From an uncultured Elusimicrobia bacterium (GTDB taxonomy: Bacteria > Elusimicrobiota > Elusimicrobia > UBA1565 > UBA9628): 64,000 nucleotides of DNA. Where the stretch lies: assembly GCA_964358485.1 (NCBI GenBank), contig CAYHPY010000004.1:10796-74795 (forward strand), in the 5' to 3' direction. Under the pieces are notes generated by a model. The model did not search any database, had not been told where the DNA came from, and saw only the letters and a list, made by a program, of their open reading frames with translations. A program made the translations under genes and the position numbers. Position 1 is the stretch's first letter. Each line of letters starts with the position of its first letter. Positions 8,890 to 18,178 of this stretch are shown here, piece after piece.

Positions 8890-9707
8890 CGACCGGAGCG
8901 GTCCTTTTTTTCCTTGGCCTCGGCGGAGGCCTGCTCGGAGCGGTGTTCGGGATCGGAGGGGGCGTGTTCCTGATCCCCATCCTCGTGCTCTTCTGCGGAT
9001 TTTCCATGCTCAACGCGGTCGCCACGGGCCTGGTCACCGTAATCGCGACCTCCAGCGCGGTGGCCGCGGTCAATCTGGAGCGGGGGCTGGCCAATATCCG
9101 GCTCGGGATGGTCCTGGAATTGGCCACGGTCCTGGGGGCGGTGCTCAGCGCGTTCGCGGCGGGAAAACTCCCGCAGAACCTGCTGGTGGGGCTATTCGGG
9201 GCCCTATTGGGCGCCGTCTCCATCATGATGTGGAAAGGGCAGGGAGGGGAAACGGCGAAAGACCGGGCCCCGGCCAAGCCGGGGCTGTTGGACGGCGCAT
9301 ATTTCGATCCCGCCGCGGGGCGCAACGTGGTCTACCAGGTTCGCCGGCTGGGGACCGGCCTGGCGGTGTCTTTCGGGGCCGGAGCGGTGTCGGGCCTGCT
9401 CGGCGTGGGGGGAGGGGTTTTCAAAGTTCCCGCCATGCATTTGTTCTGCGGTCTGCCGATGAAGGCGGCCGCGGCGACCAGTAATTTCATGATCGGGGTC
9501 ACGGCCGCGGCCAGCGCTTTTCTTTATTTCAATCGCGGCGCCGTCCTCCCGGAACCGACCGCGCTCATCGTGCTCGGCGTGCTGGGCGGTTCAATGGCGG
9601 GGACCTGGCTCAATCTGCGGCTCAAGGACGCGGGGATCCGACGGGGCTTCTCGGTGCTGCTCCTCCTGCTCTCGATCCGGATGCTCGTCAAGGCCTTCCA
9701 TGGCTGA
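8886..9707 (+). CDS. TauE/SafE-family (DUF81) sulfite/anion exporter membrane protein
   Basis: An 8-TM protein with Gly-rich repeats GIGGGVFLIP and GVGGGVFKVP, typical of TauE/SafE. Confidence 0.8.
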   Translation: MTTGAVLFFLGLGGGLLGAVFGIGGGVFLIPILVLFCGFSMLNAVATGLVTVIATSSAVAAVNLERGLANIRLGMVLELATVLGAVLSAFAAGKLPQNLLVGLFGALLGAVSIMMWKGQGGETAKDRAPAKPGLLDGAYFDPAAGRNVVYQVRRLGTGLAVSFGAGAVSGLLGVGGGVFKVPAMHLFCGLPMKAAAATSNFMIGVTAAASAFLYFNRGAVLPEPTALIVLGVLGGSMAGTWLNLRLKDAGIRRGFSVLLLLLSIRMLVKAFHG

Positions 9708-9981
9708 CCGCGAAAGGTTCGTGGACCGCCTCGTGTCCCGGCTCTTGGGGACCGGGGTCGCCGTCAGCGGTCTGCTGTTGGCGGCGGGCCTGTTCACGGC
9801 CGCGCCGATGGGCGAACGCCTTCTGCACTGGGGAATCGTTTTGCTCATCGCGACCCCGGTGTCCCGGGTCGTCCTGTTGGCCGGCGCGTTCGCGGCCCAA
9901 AAAGAGTGGCGGATGTTCTGGGCCAGCGCGGGCGTTCTTGGGCTACTGGCGGCGGGGGCGTTGACGGGAGCCGGCCACTAA
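9700..9981 (+). CDS. small membrane protein (DUF1634-like TauE partner)
   Basis: A 93-aa protein with two TM helices. It overlaps the TauE gene by 8 nt, the common TauE-DUF1634 arrangement. Confidence 0.55.
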   Translation: MADRERFVDRLVSRLLGTGVAVSGLLLAAGLFTAAPMGERLLHWGIVLLIATPVSRVVLLAGAFAAQKEWRMFWASAGVLGLLAAGALTGAGH

Positions 9982-10961
9982 AACCGGTAGCCCAACCAGA
10001 ACCGGTTGGTCGAGCCGATGTCGCCGAAGGGGACCCAGGCGTAGTCGATGAAAAACCGCTCGAAATCCAGGCCGGCCCCGAGGGCCAGGCCGGAGAGGCC
10101 CTCGACTTTCCGGGAGTAGCGGAGGTTGTAGCCGCCCCGAAAGAGCGCCTTCCAGGGTTTGGGCCGCTGAAGGGGAACGTGGCCCTCCAGGCCCATGGTC
10201 AGGTAAGGGTCGTTGTCCACCGGGAGGTTGTAATCGAACGCGGTCTTCAAATACGGGGTGGTGTGCCACAGAACCCCGGTGCGGATGTGAAAAGGAAGTG
10301 GATCTGATTCCTGCCCCAGCTTGAGAGGGCTTCCCAGGTTGAATACGCTGCAACCCACGTCCACGGGGCCGTCCCCGGCCTCGGTCAGCCGGAGAAACTG
10401 CGCCCCGAAATCAAAGGCGACCGCGGAACCGGACACGTTGTCGATCGAGGAGCGGATCACCTTGGCGCCGCCGCCAAGCAAGAGGCGGCCCAGCGCGCCC
10501 GCGTAGGCCGCCGACAGGGCCATGTCCCCGGCGGAAAAAGATCCCGCGGAATCGCCGAGGGCGTTGTAGGCGGTCTGTTCGGACTGCGAAAAATACACGA
10601 ACCCCAGCCCCAACGCTCCTTTTCCCAACGGCGCCGCGTAGGCCAGGGCCCCCGAGTGCGCCCCTTCCAGGAGATTGTTGTATCCGATCCCCGCCTCGGA
10701 AAGCGCCGGAGCGGGCCGCCGGGCGAGCCCCGCGGGGTTGAAAAAAACCGCCTCCGCGCCCTCGGCGCCTCCGGCGGCGACCTCCGCCATTCCCATGCTT
10801 CGGGCCCCCGGAGGCGACTTCAGAAAAGCCGCGCCCACCGAGCCGGCCGCTTTCCGCGAAAACGCGCCGTCGGGAAACATCGCGGCCTGGGCGGCGAAAG
10901 GAAACGCCAGGCAGAAACCGGCCGACGAGATCAGGCCGAAGGGGGAGAGTCCGGATTTCAA
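9978..10961 (-). CDS. PorV/PorQ-like (FadL-like) outer-membrane beta-barrel, paralog 1
   Basis: A signal peptide is followed by the N-terminal motif SMGMAEVAAGGAEGAEAVFFNPAGLA. The protein has alternating beta-strand character and ends in the aromatic terminus GYRF. It is a paralog of ORFs 42534..43541 and 61067..62074. Confidence 0.7.
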   Translation of the reverse strand: MKSGLSPFGLISSAGFCLAFPFAAQAAMFPDGAFSRKAAGSVGAAFLKSPPGARSMGMAEVAAGGAEGAEAVFFNPAGLARRPAPALSEAGIGYNNLLEGAHSGALAYAAPLGKGALGLGFVYFSQSEQTAYNALGDSAGSFSAGDMALSAAYAGALGRLLLGGGAKVIRSSIDNVSGSAVAFDFGAQFLRLTEAGDGPVDVGCSVFNLGSPLKLGQESDPLPFHIRTGVLWHTTPYLKTAFDYNLPVDNDPYLTMGLEGHVPLQRPKPWKALFRGGYNLRYSRKVEGLSGLALGAGLDFERFFIDYAWVPFGDIGSTNRFWLGYRF

Positions 10962-12055
10962 ATCGGCCAGACCGGGCCCTTGCGGGCGGGCTTGGCTTCC
11001 GACGCGTCGGCCGGCTTCTCTGAGAGAGACTCGAGGACCATCGGCGTCGGATTCGGAAGCTTGACGGTGGCGTCGGGATTCTTGACCGGAGCGGGAGGAG
11101 GAGGAGGCGGCGGGGGAGGCGGCTCGATCGAAAGGGCGGGGGGCGCTTCTTCTGTCGGGGGCTTTGCGACCAGCCCGGCCAGGGCGGGAGGAACGTCCAA
11201 TTGGATGGACATGGAGGATTCGGGTTCGGCGGCCTTGGGAGAGTTGGGCTCGGGGACCGCTTCGGGCAGGGAAGACCCCGCCATGAGAGCGTCCAACGGC
11301 GCCCCATGGGGCCGGGCGTCCATGTCTCCCAGAATATCCGCGGCGGGAGCGGCGGGTTCCGGAGCCTTCATCGGAAGATCGAAGGAGGGGACATCGGGCG
11401 CGGAAGCGGGCGGCTCCGCGGGAGCGGGGGCGGGGGCGGGAGCGGGGGCGGAGGCAGGCGTGGCCGCGACGGGCGCGGGGGCCGCCGGCGCGGGCGCCAG
11501 GGCGGCAGTTTTGACTTGCGAGGAAAGTTCCTCGAGCTTCTTGAGGATCAGGCTATCCTGATTTAGGAGCCCCGCCTGCTGACTCTCCTGCTTGGTGAGC
11601 AATGTCTTGATCACCGCCACTTCCTTGTCCAGGCGGTCAAGCTGGGATTTGATGTTCTGCATGTAGACCACGGCCGGACTAATGCCGCCGGTTGTGTTTT
11701 CGGCTTTTTTCTGGCCGGCGGCGGCGGCCGCCGTCGCATCGGGCGCGGGCGCGGGCGCAGGCGCGGGTGCCGGTGCCGGTGCGGGCGACGGAGCCTTGAT
11801 CGGCGCAGGAGCGGGAGCAGGCGCCGCGGCCGGAGCCGTGGGCGGGAGCACCAAGGTCTTTTCAATCGCGGGCGATTTCACCGCGACGGGCATGAGCGGA
11901 GGAAGCGGGAAGGACTCGGGCTCGTGCGAATCCTGCCGCTCCGGAGCGCCGGTCGCTTTCTTATATTGGCTGAGGAGATATACGAAAAGCGCGGAACTGA
12001 CGCAGAAACCGAGGGCGGAAACCCAGAACCAAGCGTCCTTGATGAGGTTGGCCAT
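10958..12055 (-). CDS. membrane-anchored Pro/Ala-rich coiled-coil protein (hypothetical)
   Basis: It has an N-terminal TM helix (WFWVSALGFCVSSALFVYLL) and long (PA)n tracts. A central heptad coiled coil reads LDRLDKEVAVIKTLLTKQESQQ. It overlaps the downstream barrel gene by 4 nt. Confidence 0.55.
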   Translation of the reverse strand: MANLIKDAWFWVSALGFCVSSALFVYLLSQYKKATGAPERQDSHEPESFPLPPLMPVAVKSPAIEKTLVLPPTAPAAAPAPAPAPIKAPSPAPAPAPAPAPAPAPDATAAAAAGQKKAENTTGGISPAVVYMQNIKSQLDRLDKEVAVIKTLLTKQESQQAGLLNQDSLILKKLEELSSQVKTAALAPAPAAPAPVAATPASAPAPAPAPAPAEPPASAPDVPSFDLPMKAPEPAAPAADILGDMDARPHGAPLDALMAGSSLPEAVPEPNSPKAAEPESSMSIQLDVPPALAGLVAKPPTEEAPPALSIEPPPPPPPPPPAPVKNPDATVKLPNPTPMVLESLSEKPADASEAKPARKGPVWPI

Positions 12056-12117
12056 GGAAAGTCCATGGTATCGGAATTGCCAAAGGATGTCAAGAAATTT
12101 GCTATTCTGGCCGCGCC

Positions 12118-13590
12118 ATGAAATTGATCCTCGCCCTCTTGCTCACCGGGCCCGCCTCCGGAGCTCCCAAGCCTTTCCCGGGAGAAAATTGCGTCCGCTG
12201 CCACGCCGCGTTGAGGGACAAGGTCCCCGGCCCGGCGGCTTCCAAGGCTCCGACCGACGCTGGGACCTACGACGCCGTCATCATCGGGGGGGGGCTCAGC
12301 GGCCTTTCGGCGGGCCACTTCCTTAAGAAGCGCAAGCTCCTCATTCTGGAGGCGGAATCCAAGCCGGGGGGACGCGCGCGCCGGGAATCCTTCGGGGCGA
12401 ACCGGAAGTACCCGACCGGGGCGGTCTACACCTCCGAGCCTTACGGGGCGATCAAAACGCTATACGACGATCTCGGGCTCAAATCCAAGGTCATCACCAT
12501 GACGGCCCACAGCCTTTACAGCCAGGGCAAGGTTTTCGAGCATTGGCTCCGGGCCGACGGCAACGGCCTGCCGGAAAACTCCTTCACCCCCGAGGACCGC
12601 GCGGCCTACAAGCGCCTGAGCGCCAAGATGAAGGAGCTCGTCGAAACCCACGCGCTCACCATCCCGATCGAGGAAGCCCCGAAAAGCGCCCTGGACGAAT
12701 ACGACTCGATCTCGTTCTGGGATTACCTGGAAAAAAATTACGGCAAGCGCCTGGCCGAGGTCGGGGACATCTACGCCCGCGACGTTTTCGGCGACGGCGC
12801 CCGGGAAGTCTCCGCCTACGCCGGCCTTACCTACCTGGCGGTGGAGCAGGACGTCAGCAAAACCTGGGAGGGCGGCATGGGCGAGATCCCGGAAGCCCTG
12901 CATCGGGAGCTCGGAAAATCGGTGAGAACGGGGGCCTTAGTCTGGAAGGTCGCCCAGGACGCGGAGGGAGTCGACGTCTTCTACTCAAAGGACGGGAAGG
13001 ACTTCAAGGCCCGGGGGAAAACCGCCGTCATGGCCGTCTCCTCCTTGGTCGCCCGCCGGATCGTCGCGGGCCTGCCCGAGGACAAACTCAAGGCCATGGC
13101 CCAGACCCGTTATTCCTCCTACGCCCTGGTCCCCTTGAAGCTGAAAAAAGTGGTCTGGGCCGATTCCTTCGTGTTGTGGATGCGGGACGCCTTCGTCACC
13201 GATTTCACCTTGCCCCGGGCCGACAACGCGTCCCTGAAGGCCCACCCCGAGAAGGGCCAGGTCCTGGTGGGCTACGCCCCCATGGGGGGGGCGGCGGGCC
13301 GGAAATACCTGCTCGCGGCCCCGGATGAAGAGCTGAAGTCCCGGGCGATCGCCGACCTGGAGCGGGCTTTTCCCGGAGCGTCCTCGCAGGTCGAGGAAGC
13401 GCGGGTGATCCGGTGGGGGCACGCGATGCCCTTGGCGTTTCCAGGTTATCTGGCCCAAGTCCGCCCGATCATCGCCCGCCCCGAGGGGCGTATTTTCTTC
13501 GCGGGGACCGACACTCAGCTTCCCGCCATGGAAGGCGCGATCTACTCGGGATTTTACGCCGCCGAAAAGGCGTCGGCTTTGCTCAAATGA
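12118..13590 (+). CDS. secreted FAD-dependent amine oxidase-family flavoprotein with N-terminal CxxCH (putative heme c) motif
   Basis: A signal peptide is followed by ENCVRCHAAL, then a GxGxxG FAD fold (YDAVIIGGGLSGLSAGHFL) and amine-oxidase-like C-terminal motifs (IFFAGTDT...EGAIYSG). Confidence 0.75.
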   Translation: MKLILALLLTGPASGAPKPFPGENCVRCHAALRDKVPGPAASKAPTDAGTYDAVIIGGGLSGLSAGHFLKKRKLLILEAESKPGGRARRESFGANRKYPTGAVYTSEPYGAIKTLYDDLGLKSKVITMTAHSLYSQGKVFEHWLRADGNGLPENSFTPEDRAAYKRLSAKMKELVETHALTIPIEEAPKSALDEYDSISFWDYLEKNYGKRLAEVGDIYARDVFGDGAREVSAYAGLTYLAVEQDVSKTWEGGMGEIPEALHRELGKSVRTGALVWKVAQDAEGVDVFYSKDGKDFKARGKTAVMAVSSLVARRIVAGLPEDKLKAMAQTRYSSYALVPLKLKKVVWADSFVLWMRDAFVTDFTLPRADNASLKAHPEKGQVLVGYAPMGGAAGRKYLLAAPDEELKSRAIADLERAFPGASSQVEEARVIRWGHAMPLAFPGYLAQVRPIIARPEGRIFFAGTDTQLPAMEGAIYSGFYAAEKASALLK

Positions 13591-15821
13591 AGCTGTCGAC
13601 CGCCGCCCTGCTTCTGAGCTTGGCGTCTTACGCGGGGGCTTGGGAGGAGAAACCCAAAGGGCCGCCGCCGCCGCAGAAGAAGCCCTGGCAGGAGCAACCA
13701 AAAAGATGGCAGGATTGGGGCCAGCAGAACCCCCAGGAGCCGGCCCCTGCCCCCAAACCCCCGAAAACCGTCATCGTCCCCTTCGGAGGAGGAGACAACG
13801 CCATGCCTCCCCGCCAACCCCGGACCGGGCCCTCGAAGCCCCCGGTCATGAAGGAGTTCAAGGAGGAGGTTTCGCGCCTGGTGTCGGCCTATGTCGAAGC
13901 GAAGGCCGCGGGCAGCGGAGGGGTGTTCCTGGTCACCGACACCGACGGGAGCCAACTCAAGCTCACCCGCCCAAGCTTGAAAGGCGGCCAGATCCGGAAC
14001 CTGCCCAACGGCCAGGTCGCGGCCTGCGTCTTTTTCGCCGACGCTTCCGGGGGGGCGCGCGGGGCGGACCTGGATTTCATCCTCTCCAAGGAATCCGGGG
14101 ATTGGACCGTCGCCAAGCTTTTTGTCCACGCGGTCGGCGGGAGCGCCCGGTACGACTATGACCCCGACAACCGGATCGTGGCCGCGGCTTCGGCGACCAG
14201 GCCCCAAAATCCGGCCGCCCCCCGCGCGAGCCGCTCCCCGAGGCCCACCGCGCCCCCGCGGTTGGCCGTCAAGGTCGCTTTCGTCGAGCCTTCCGGAAAC
14301 GACATCCTGGACGGAGGGGAGACCGCCGAAATCCGGGTCACGGTCTCCAACTCGGGAACCGGGGAGGCGTACGGGGTCAGCGTCGCGGCGGCGATGAACC
14401 CGGCGGCCAAGGGCCTGTCCTTGCCGGCGCCGGCCGAACTGGGGAATATCAGGCCCGGAAAATCCGCGTCGGCCCGCCTGACCGTCTCGGCCGCCGAATC
14501 CGCCCCGGACCGCACCGCCCGAGTGTCCGTGGAGACGCGGGAGGCCAACGGCTTCGACGCCGAGGCAAGCGTCTTGGAATTCGAGATCCGCGCCTACCGC
14601 CCCCCCCGGCTGGAAGTGGCCGGCCTGGAGCTCGAGGGGGCCGCCGTGGTCAAAGCCGGGGAGCCGACCAAATTCAAGGCGACCCTCCGCAACGCGGGGG
14701 CCTCGGCCGCGCGGGGAGTTTCGGCGCGGCTGGTCATCGACAGCCCGGACATTTTTCCCTCCGGGGAGGAGAGCGTTTCCCTGGGCGTCCTTCCTCCCGG
14801 GGAAACCAAGACCGCCTCCTTCGAGTTCTTCGTCAACAAGCGCTTCAAGGGGGGAAAGGCCCTGCCGCTTTGGTTGGAGCTCACCCACGCGGGGCCCGAC
14901 GGACCCCGGCCGGAAAAGGCTCCGCTGTCCCTGGCCCTGGGGAAAACCCCGGACGCCCCGAAGGTGCTCAGCATCAAAGGGCGGCAGGAGCTTCCCGCCC
15001 CGGCGGGAGAACCGGCCTCCGCCCTGGAGGAGCCGCCCGCCTCCCGCACGCCAAAAAACCCGGATGCCTACGGCGTGGTCATCGGGATCGAACGCTACCG
15101 GGACGTTCCGCCGGTCTCCTATGCCGCGTCGGACGCCCGGACCGTTTACGCCTATCTCACCCAGTCCATGGGATTTGACCCGAAGAACGTGATCCTTCTG
15201 GAGGACGACCGCGCGGCCCTGACCGACATCGACACCTACCTTGGGCCATGGCTGTCGGACCGCGTCGGCCCCAAAAGCAAGGTCTTCGTGTTCTACGCCG
15301 GGCACGGGGCGCCCAACCCGAAAACCGGAGAAGCCTACCTGATCCCATTCGACGGCAATCCAAATTACGTGGAGACCAAGGCTTATCCGATCCGCAAGCT
15401 CTATGAGGGCCTGTCGAAACTCCCCTCCCGGGACGTGACCGTGGCGTTGGACGCCTGCTTCTCCGGTGCGGGCGGCCGGTCGGTTCTGGCCAAGGGAGCC
15501 CGGCCCCTGGTTCAGATGGGCGCCCCGGTCCCGGCCGGGGATAACCTGGTGATCCTGACCGCCTCGGGCCCCGATCAGATCAGCACCTTCCACGAAGAGG
15601 GAAGGCACGGCCTGCTGACCTATTTCCTCCTCAAGGGCTTGCGGGGGGAGGGGGACTCGGACAAGGACGGGCGGGTGACCACGGGAGAGTTGTTCTCCTA
15701 TCTGAAGCCCGCCGTCGAGCGGGAGGCGCGCCTTCAGCACGTGGAACAGGTCCCCACCCTCACCCCCGCTCCGGAAAACCTCGGGGAACGGGCCGACGGG
15801 GTTTGGCTCCGACTCAAATAA
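13587..15821 (+). CDS. secreted caspase-family (peptidase C14) protein with two CARDB-like domains and C-terminal EF-hand-like loop
   Basis: The start MKLSTAALLLSLASYAGA is inferred and overlaps the upstream stop (ATGA). Two CARDB-type Ig-like domains read ETAEIRVTVSNSGTGEAYGV and EPTKFKATLRNAGASAARGV. The caspase His/Cys dyad is VFVFYAGHG ... ALDACFSGAGG, and a DSDKDGRVTTGEL loop follows. Confidence 0.75.
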   Translation: MKLSTAALLLSLASYAGAWEEKPKGPPPPQKKPWQEQPKRWQDWGQQNPQEPAPAPKPPKTVIVPFGGGDNAMPPRQPRTGPSKPPVMKEFKEEVSRLVSAYVEAKAAGSGGVFLVTDTDGSQLKLTRPSLKGGQIRNLPNGQVAACVFFADASGGARGADLDFILSKESGDWTVAKLFVHAVGGSARYDYDPDNRIVAAASATRPQNPAAPRASRSPRPTAPPRLAVKVAFVEPSGNDILDGGETAEIRVTVSNSGTGEAYGVSVAAAMNPAAKGLSLPAPAELGNIRPGKSASARLTVSAAESAPDRTARVSVETREANGFDAEASVLEFEIRAYRPPRLEVAGLELEGAAVVKAGEPTKFKATLRNAGASAARGVSARLVIDSPDIFPSGEESVSLGVLPPGETKTASFEFFVNKRFKGGKALPLWLELTHAGPDGPRPEKAPLSLALGKTPDAPKVLSIKGRQELPAPAGEPASALEEPPASRTPKNPDAYGVVIGIERYRDVPPVSYAASDARTVYAYLTQSMGFDPKNVILLEDDRAALTDIDTYLGPWLSDRVGPKSKVFVFYAGHGAPNPKTGEAYLIPFDGNPNYVETKAYPIRKLYEGLSKLPSRDVTVALDACFSGAGGRSVLAKGARPLVQMGAPVPAGDNLVILTASGPDQISTFHEEGRHGLLTYFLLKGLRGEGDSDKDGRVTTGELFSYLKPAVEREARLQHVEQVPTLTPAPENLGERADGVWLRLK

Positions 15822-15837
15822 GCTATAATCGCCCCTC

Positions 15838-16494
15838 ATGGCAGAGGCCTTCGTCCTTGAAAGCGTGGAACCCGGGGAATCCCTTTCCTGGGCCTCGCGC
15901 CTGCTGAGCGGCGAGCCCCAGGATGCCTTCGCCCCCTCCGAGGCCGCCGATTTCGCCGTGCTAAAGACCGACAAGCGCCGCCGGGATTGGACCGGGGGGC
16001 GGTTGGCGGCCAAAAGGGCCGCCTCCAAGGCCATCGGAAACCTTCCCTTGGGATCGATCCTGATCGAAAACGAGCCTGGCGGGGCCCCGCGGATGAGCGC
16101 CCCCGGCGCCCAATTGCCCTTGTCCATCACCCATACCGACGCCGGGGCCGCTTGCGCCGTTTCCATGTCGGGGGGGCCCATCGGAATCGACTGGGAAATG
16201 GTCCGGCCCTTGGACGCCGGAACCTTGAGCCTCGCGTTTCACGAGGACGAACTGCCCTGGGCCATGAACGCGTCTCCCCGGGACCTAGCCCGGGCCTGGA
16301 CGGCCAAGGAGGCCGTGATCAAATTGCTGAAATCCGACCTTTCCTCCCTGCGAGAGGTCCGCCTTTCCGGCCCGGACTCCACGCCCCGGCTCCACGGCGC
16401 GGCCGCCTTGAAATGGGAGGAACTCGGACGGCCCGCGCTGACCGTGTTTCACGCCCACCATCCCGATTCGGTCCTTTGCGTCGCCCATGGCTAA
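15838..16494 (+). CDS. 4'-phosphopantetheinyl transferase (Sfp/EntD type)
   Basis: The PPTase motifs LSITHTDAGAACAVS and WTAKEAVIKLLK are present. Confidence 0.75.
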   Translation: MAEAFVLESVEPGESLSWASRLLSGEPQDAFAPSEAADFAVLKTDKRRRDWTGGRLAAKRAASKAIGNLPLGSILIENEPGGAPRMSAPGAQLPLSITHTDAGAACAVSMSGGPIGIDWEMVRPLDAGTLSLAFHEDELPWAMNASPRDLARAWTAKEAVIKLLKSDLSSLREVRLSGPDSTPRLHGAAALKWEELGRPALTVFHAHHPDSVLCVAHG

Positions 16495-18106
16495 AGCCAA
16501 ACCCGAACCCACGCCTCCCACCCCTCCGGCGCCCGCCCCGATTCCGGCGCCGAGCTCGGGGGCGAACGGCCGCCTCAAGGCCGCCGTGGACAAAGCCCTC
16601 CAGGGCGGAGGGGAGGCCCGGGTTCAGGCCCAAAAGACCCGCGGGAAGTTCACCGCCCGGGAGCGAATCAACTACCTCCTCGATGAGGGAACCTTCCTGG
16701 AAACCGATCTGCTGGTCAATAGCCGGGCCACCGAGTTCGGGCTCAAGGGGAAACACATCCCCGGGGACGGCGTTATCACCGGTTTCGGCCGCATCAACGG
16801 GCGCGACGTCTGCGTTTACTCCCAGGATTTCACGGTTCTCGGAGGCTCGCTCGGCATCGCCCACGCCCGCAAAATCTGCAAGATCATGGATCTGGCCCAC
16901 GACAACCGGGTCCCCGTGATCGGCCTTCTGGATTCCGGCGGCGCCCGCATCCAGGAAGGGGTGGATTCCCTGGACGGCTACGCCGAGATCTTCCACCGCA
17001 ACGTCAAATCCTCCGGGGTCATCCCCCAAATTTCCGTGATCCTCGGCCCCTGCGCCGGCGGGGCGGTCTACTCCCCGGCCCTGACCGACTTCGTGTTCAT
17101 GGTGGAAGGGGTCAGCCACATGTTCGTGACCGGCCCCGACGTGGTGAAGGCAGCCACCGGAGAGGAGGTCACCTTCGACGCTCTCGGGGGCTGCGAGGCC
17201 CACGCCGGAAAATCCGGGGTCTGCCATTTCGTGGCCAAATCCGAGCCCGATTGCTTCCGCCAGGTCCGCGAACTTCTTTCCTTTCTCCCCCAGGGCCGCC
17301 ATGAGCGCGCTCCCCGGGTGGCCAACCCGGACCCCGTCCGGCGCGCCACGCCCCTGCTGGAGAAAATGTGCGAGCTGGACCCGCGCAAATCATACCGGAT
17401 GCACCACATCATCTGGCAGATCGCCGATGAGCACAAGTTTTTCGAGGTCCACGCGGGGTTCGCGCGCAACATCGTGGTCGGCTTCATGCGCATGGGCGGC
17501 GACGTGGTCGGGGTCGTGGCCAATAACCCCGGGCACATGGCCGGCGCCCTGGACATCGACGCCTCCGACAAAGCCGCGCGCTTCATCCGCATGCTCAATG
17601 CCTTCAACATCCCGATCGTTTCCCTGGTCGACGTCCCGGGCTACTGGCCGGGCGTGCAGCAGGAGCACGGCGGCATCATCCGCCACGGCGCCAAGCTCCT
17701 GCACGCCTACGCCGAGGCGACCGTGCCCAAAATCTCCGTGATTCTACGCAAGGCCTATGGCGGCGCCTACATCGCCATGAGCTCCAAGCACCTCAAATCC
17801 GACTTCAATTTCGCCCTGCCCTGCGCCGAGATCGCGGTCATGGGGCCGGCCGGCGCCATCGAAATCCTTTTCTCCCGCGAGATCGCCGCCGCCCCGACGC
17901 CCGAGGCCAAGGCCCAACTGCGCGCCAAGCTGGCCAAGGACTACGCCGACAAATTCGCCTCGCCTTATCAGACCGCCTCGACGGGCTCCCTCGACGAGGT
18001 CGTCGAGCCCAGCCACATACGCTTCAAGATCGTCCGCGCCCTGCGCTTTCTCAAGGACAAGCGCCGCCCGGGCGACAGCCCCAACCGCGGAAACATCCCG
18101 CTTTAA
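16487..18106 (+). CDS. acyl-CoA (propionyl/methylmalonyl-CoA) carboxylase carboxyltransferase subunit
   Basis: A 539-aa PccB/AccD5-family protein with carboxyltransferase N and C domains: TARERINYLLDEGTFLE, GGSLG..., DVPGYWPGVQQEHGGIIRHGAKLLHAY. Confidence 0.9.
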   Translation: MAKAKPEPTPPTPPAPAPIPAPSSGANGRLKAAVDKALQGGGEARVQAQKTRGKFTARERINYLLDEGTFLETDLLVNSRATEFGLKGKHIPGDGVITGFGRINGRDVCVYSQDFTVLGGSLGIAHARKICKIMDLAHDNRVPVIGLLDSGGARIQEGVDSLDGYAEIFHRNVKSSGVIPQISVILGPCAGGAVYSPALTDFVFMVEGVSHMFVTGPDVVKAATGEEVTFDALGGCEAHAGKSGVCHFVAKSEPDCFRQVRELLSFLPQGRHERAPRVANPDPVRRATPLLEKMCELDPRKSYRMHHIIWQIADEHKFFEVHAGFARNIVVGFMRMGGDVVGVVANNPGHMAGALDIDASDKAARFIRMLNAFNIPIVSLVDVPGYWPGVQQEHGGIIRHGAKLLHAYAEATVPKISVILRKAYGGAYIAMSSKHLKSDFNFALPCAEIAVMGPAGAIEILFSREIAAAPTPEAKAQLRAKLAKDYADKFASPYQTASTGSLDEVVEPSHIRFKIVRALRFLKDKRRPGDSPNRGNIPL

Positions 18107-18141
18107 CGGCGCGACCTCCCCGCCCCGCGGCCTAATTAAGG

Positions 18142-18171
18142 TTGACGCTGCGCCAAGGGTATTCTTATACT
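18142..18171 (+). promoter_or_regulatory. sigma70-type promoter (TTGACG-18nt-TATACT) for the response-regulator gene
   Basis: A near-consensus -35 TTGACG at 18142-18147 and a -10 TATACT at 18166-18171 lie ~8 nt upstream of ATG 18179. Confidence 0.55.
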
Positions 18172-18178
18172 CAAGGCC

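Noticed and set aside
11380-11810. Short tandem GCG/GGN repeats that could look like a CRISPR array or VNTR
   Set aside because: The units are 6-9 nt with no spacers, they lie in-frame, and they encode (PA)n. This is not a CRISPR array.
12543-13328. 261-aa Arg/Gly-rich ORF in an alternate frame of the amine oxidase gene
   Set aside because: The oxidase frame has the FAD-binding and amine-oxidase motifs. The alternate frame is low-complexity GC artefact.
13554-16181. 875-aa reverse-strand ORF, plus similar long antisense or alternate-frame ORFs (e.g. 57213..59903, 32986..34698, 18893..20569, 5005..6579, 5040..6764, 38127..39359)
   Set aside because: They are Arg/Gly/Pro-rich translations with no domain signatures, typical of stop-poor frames in ~67% GC DNA. 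Each lies opposite a gene with clear family motifs.
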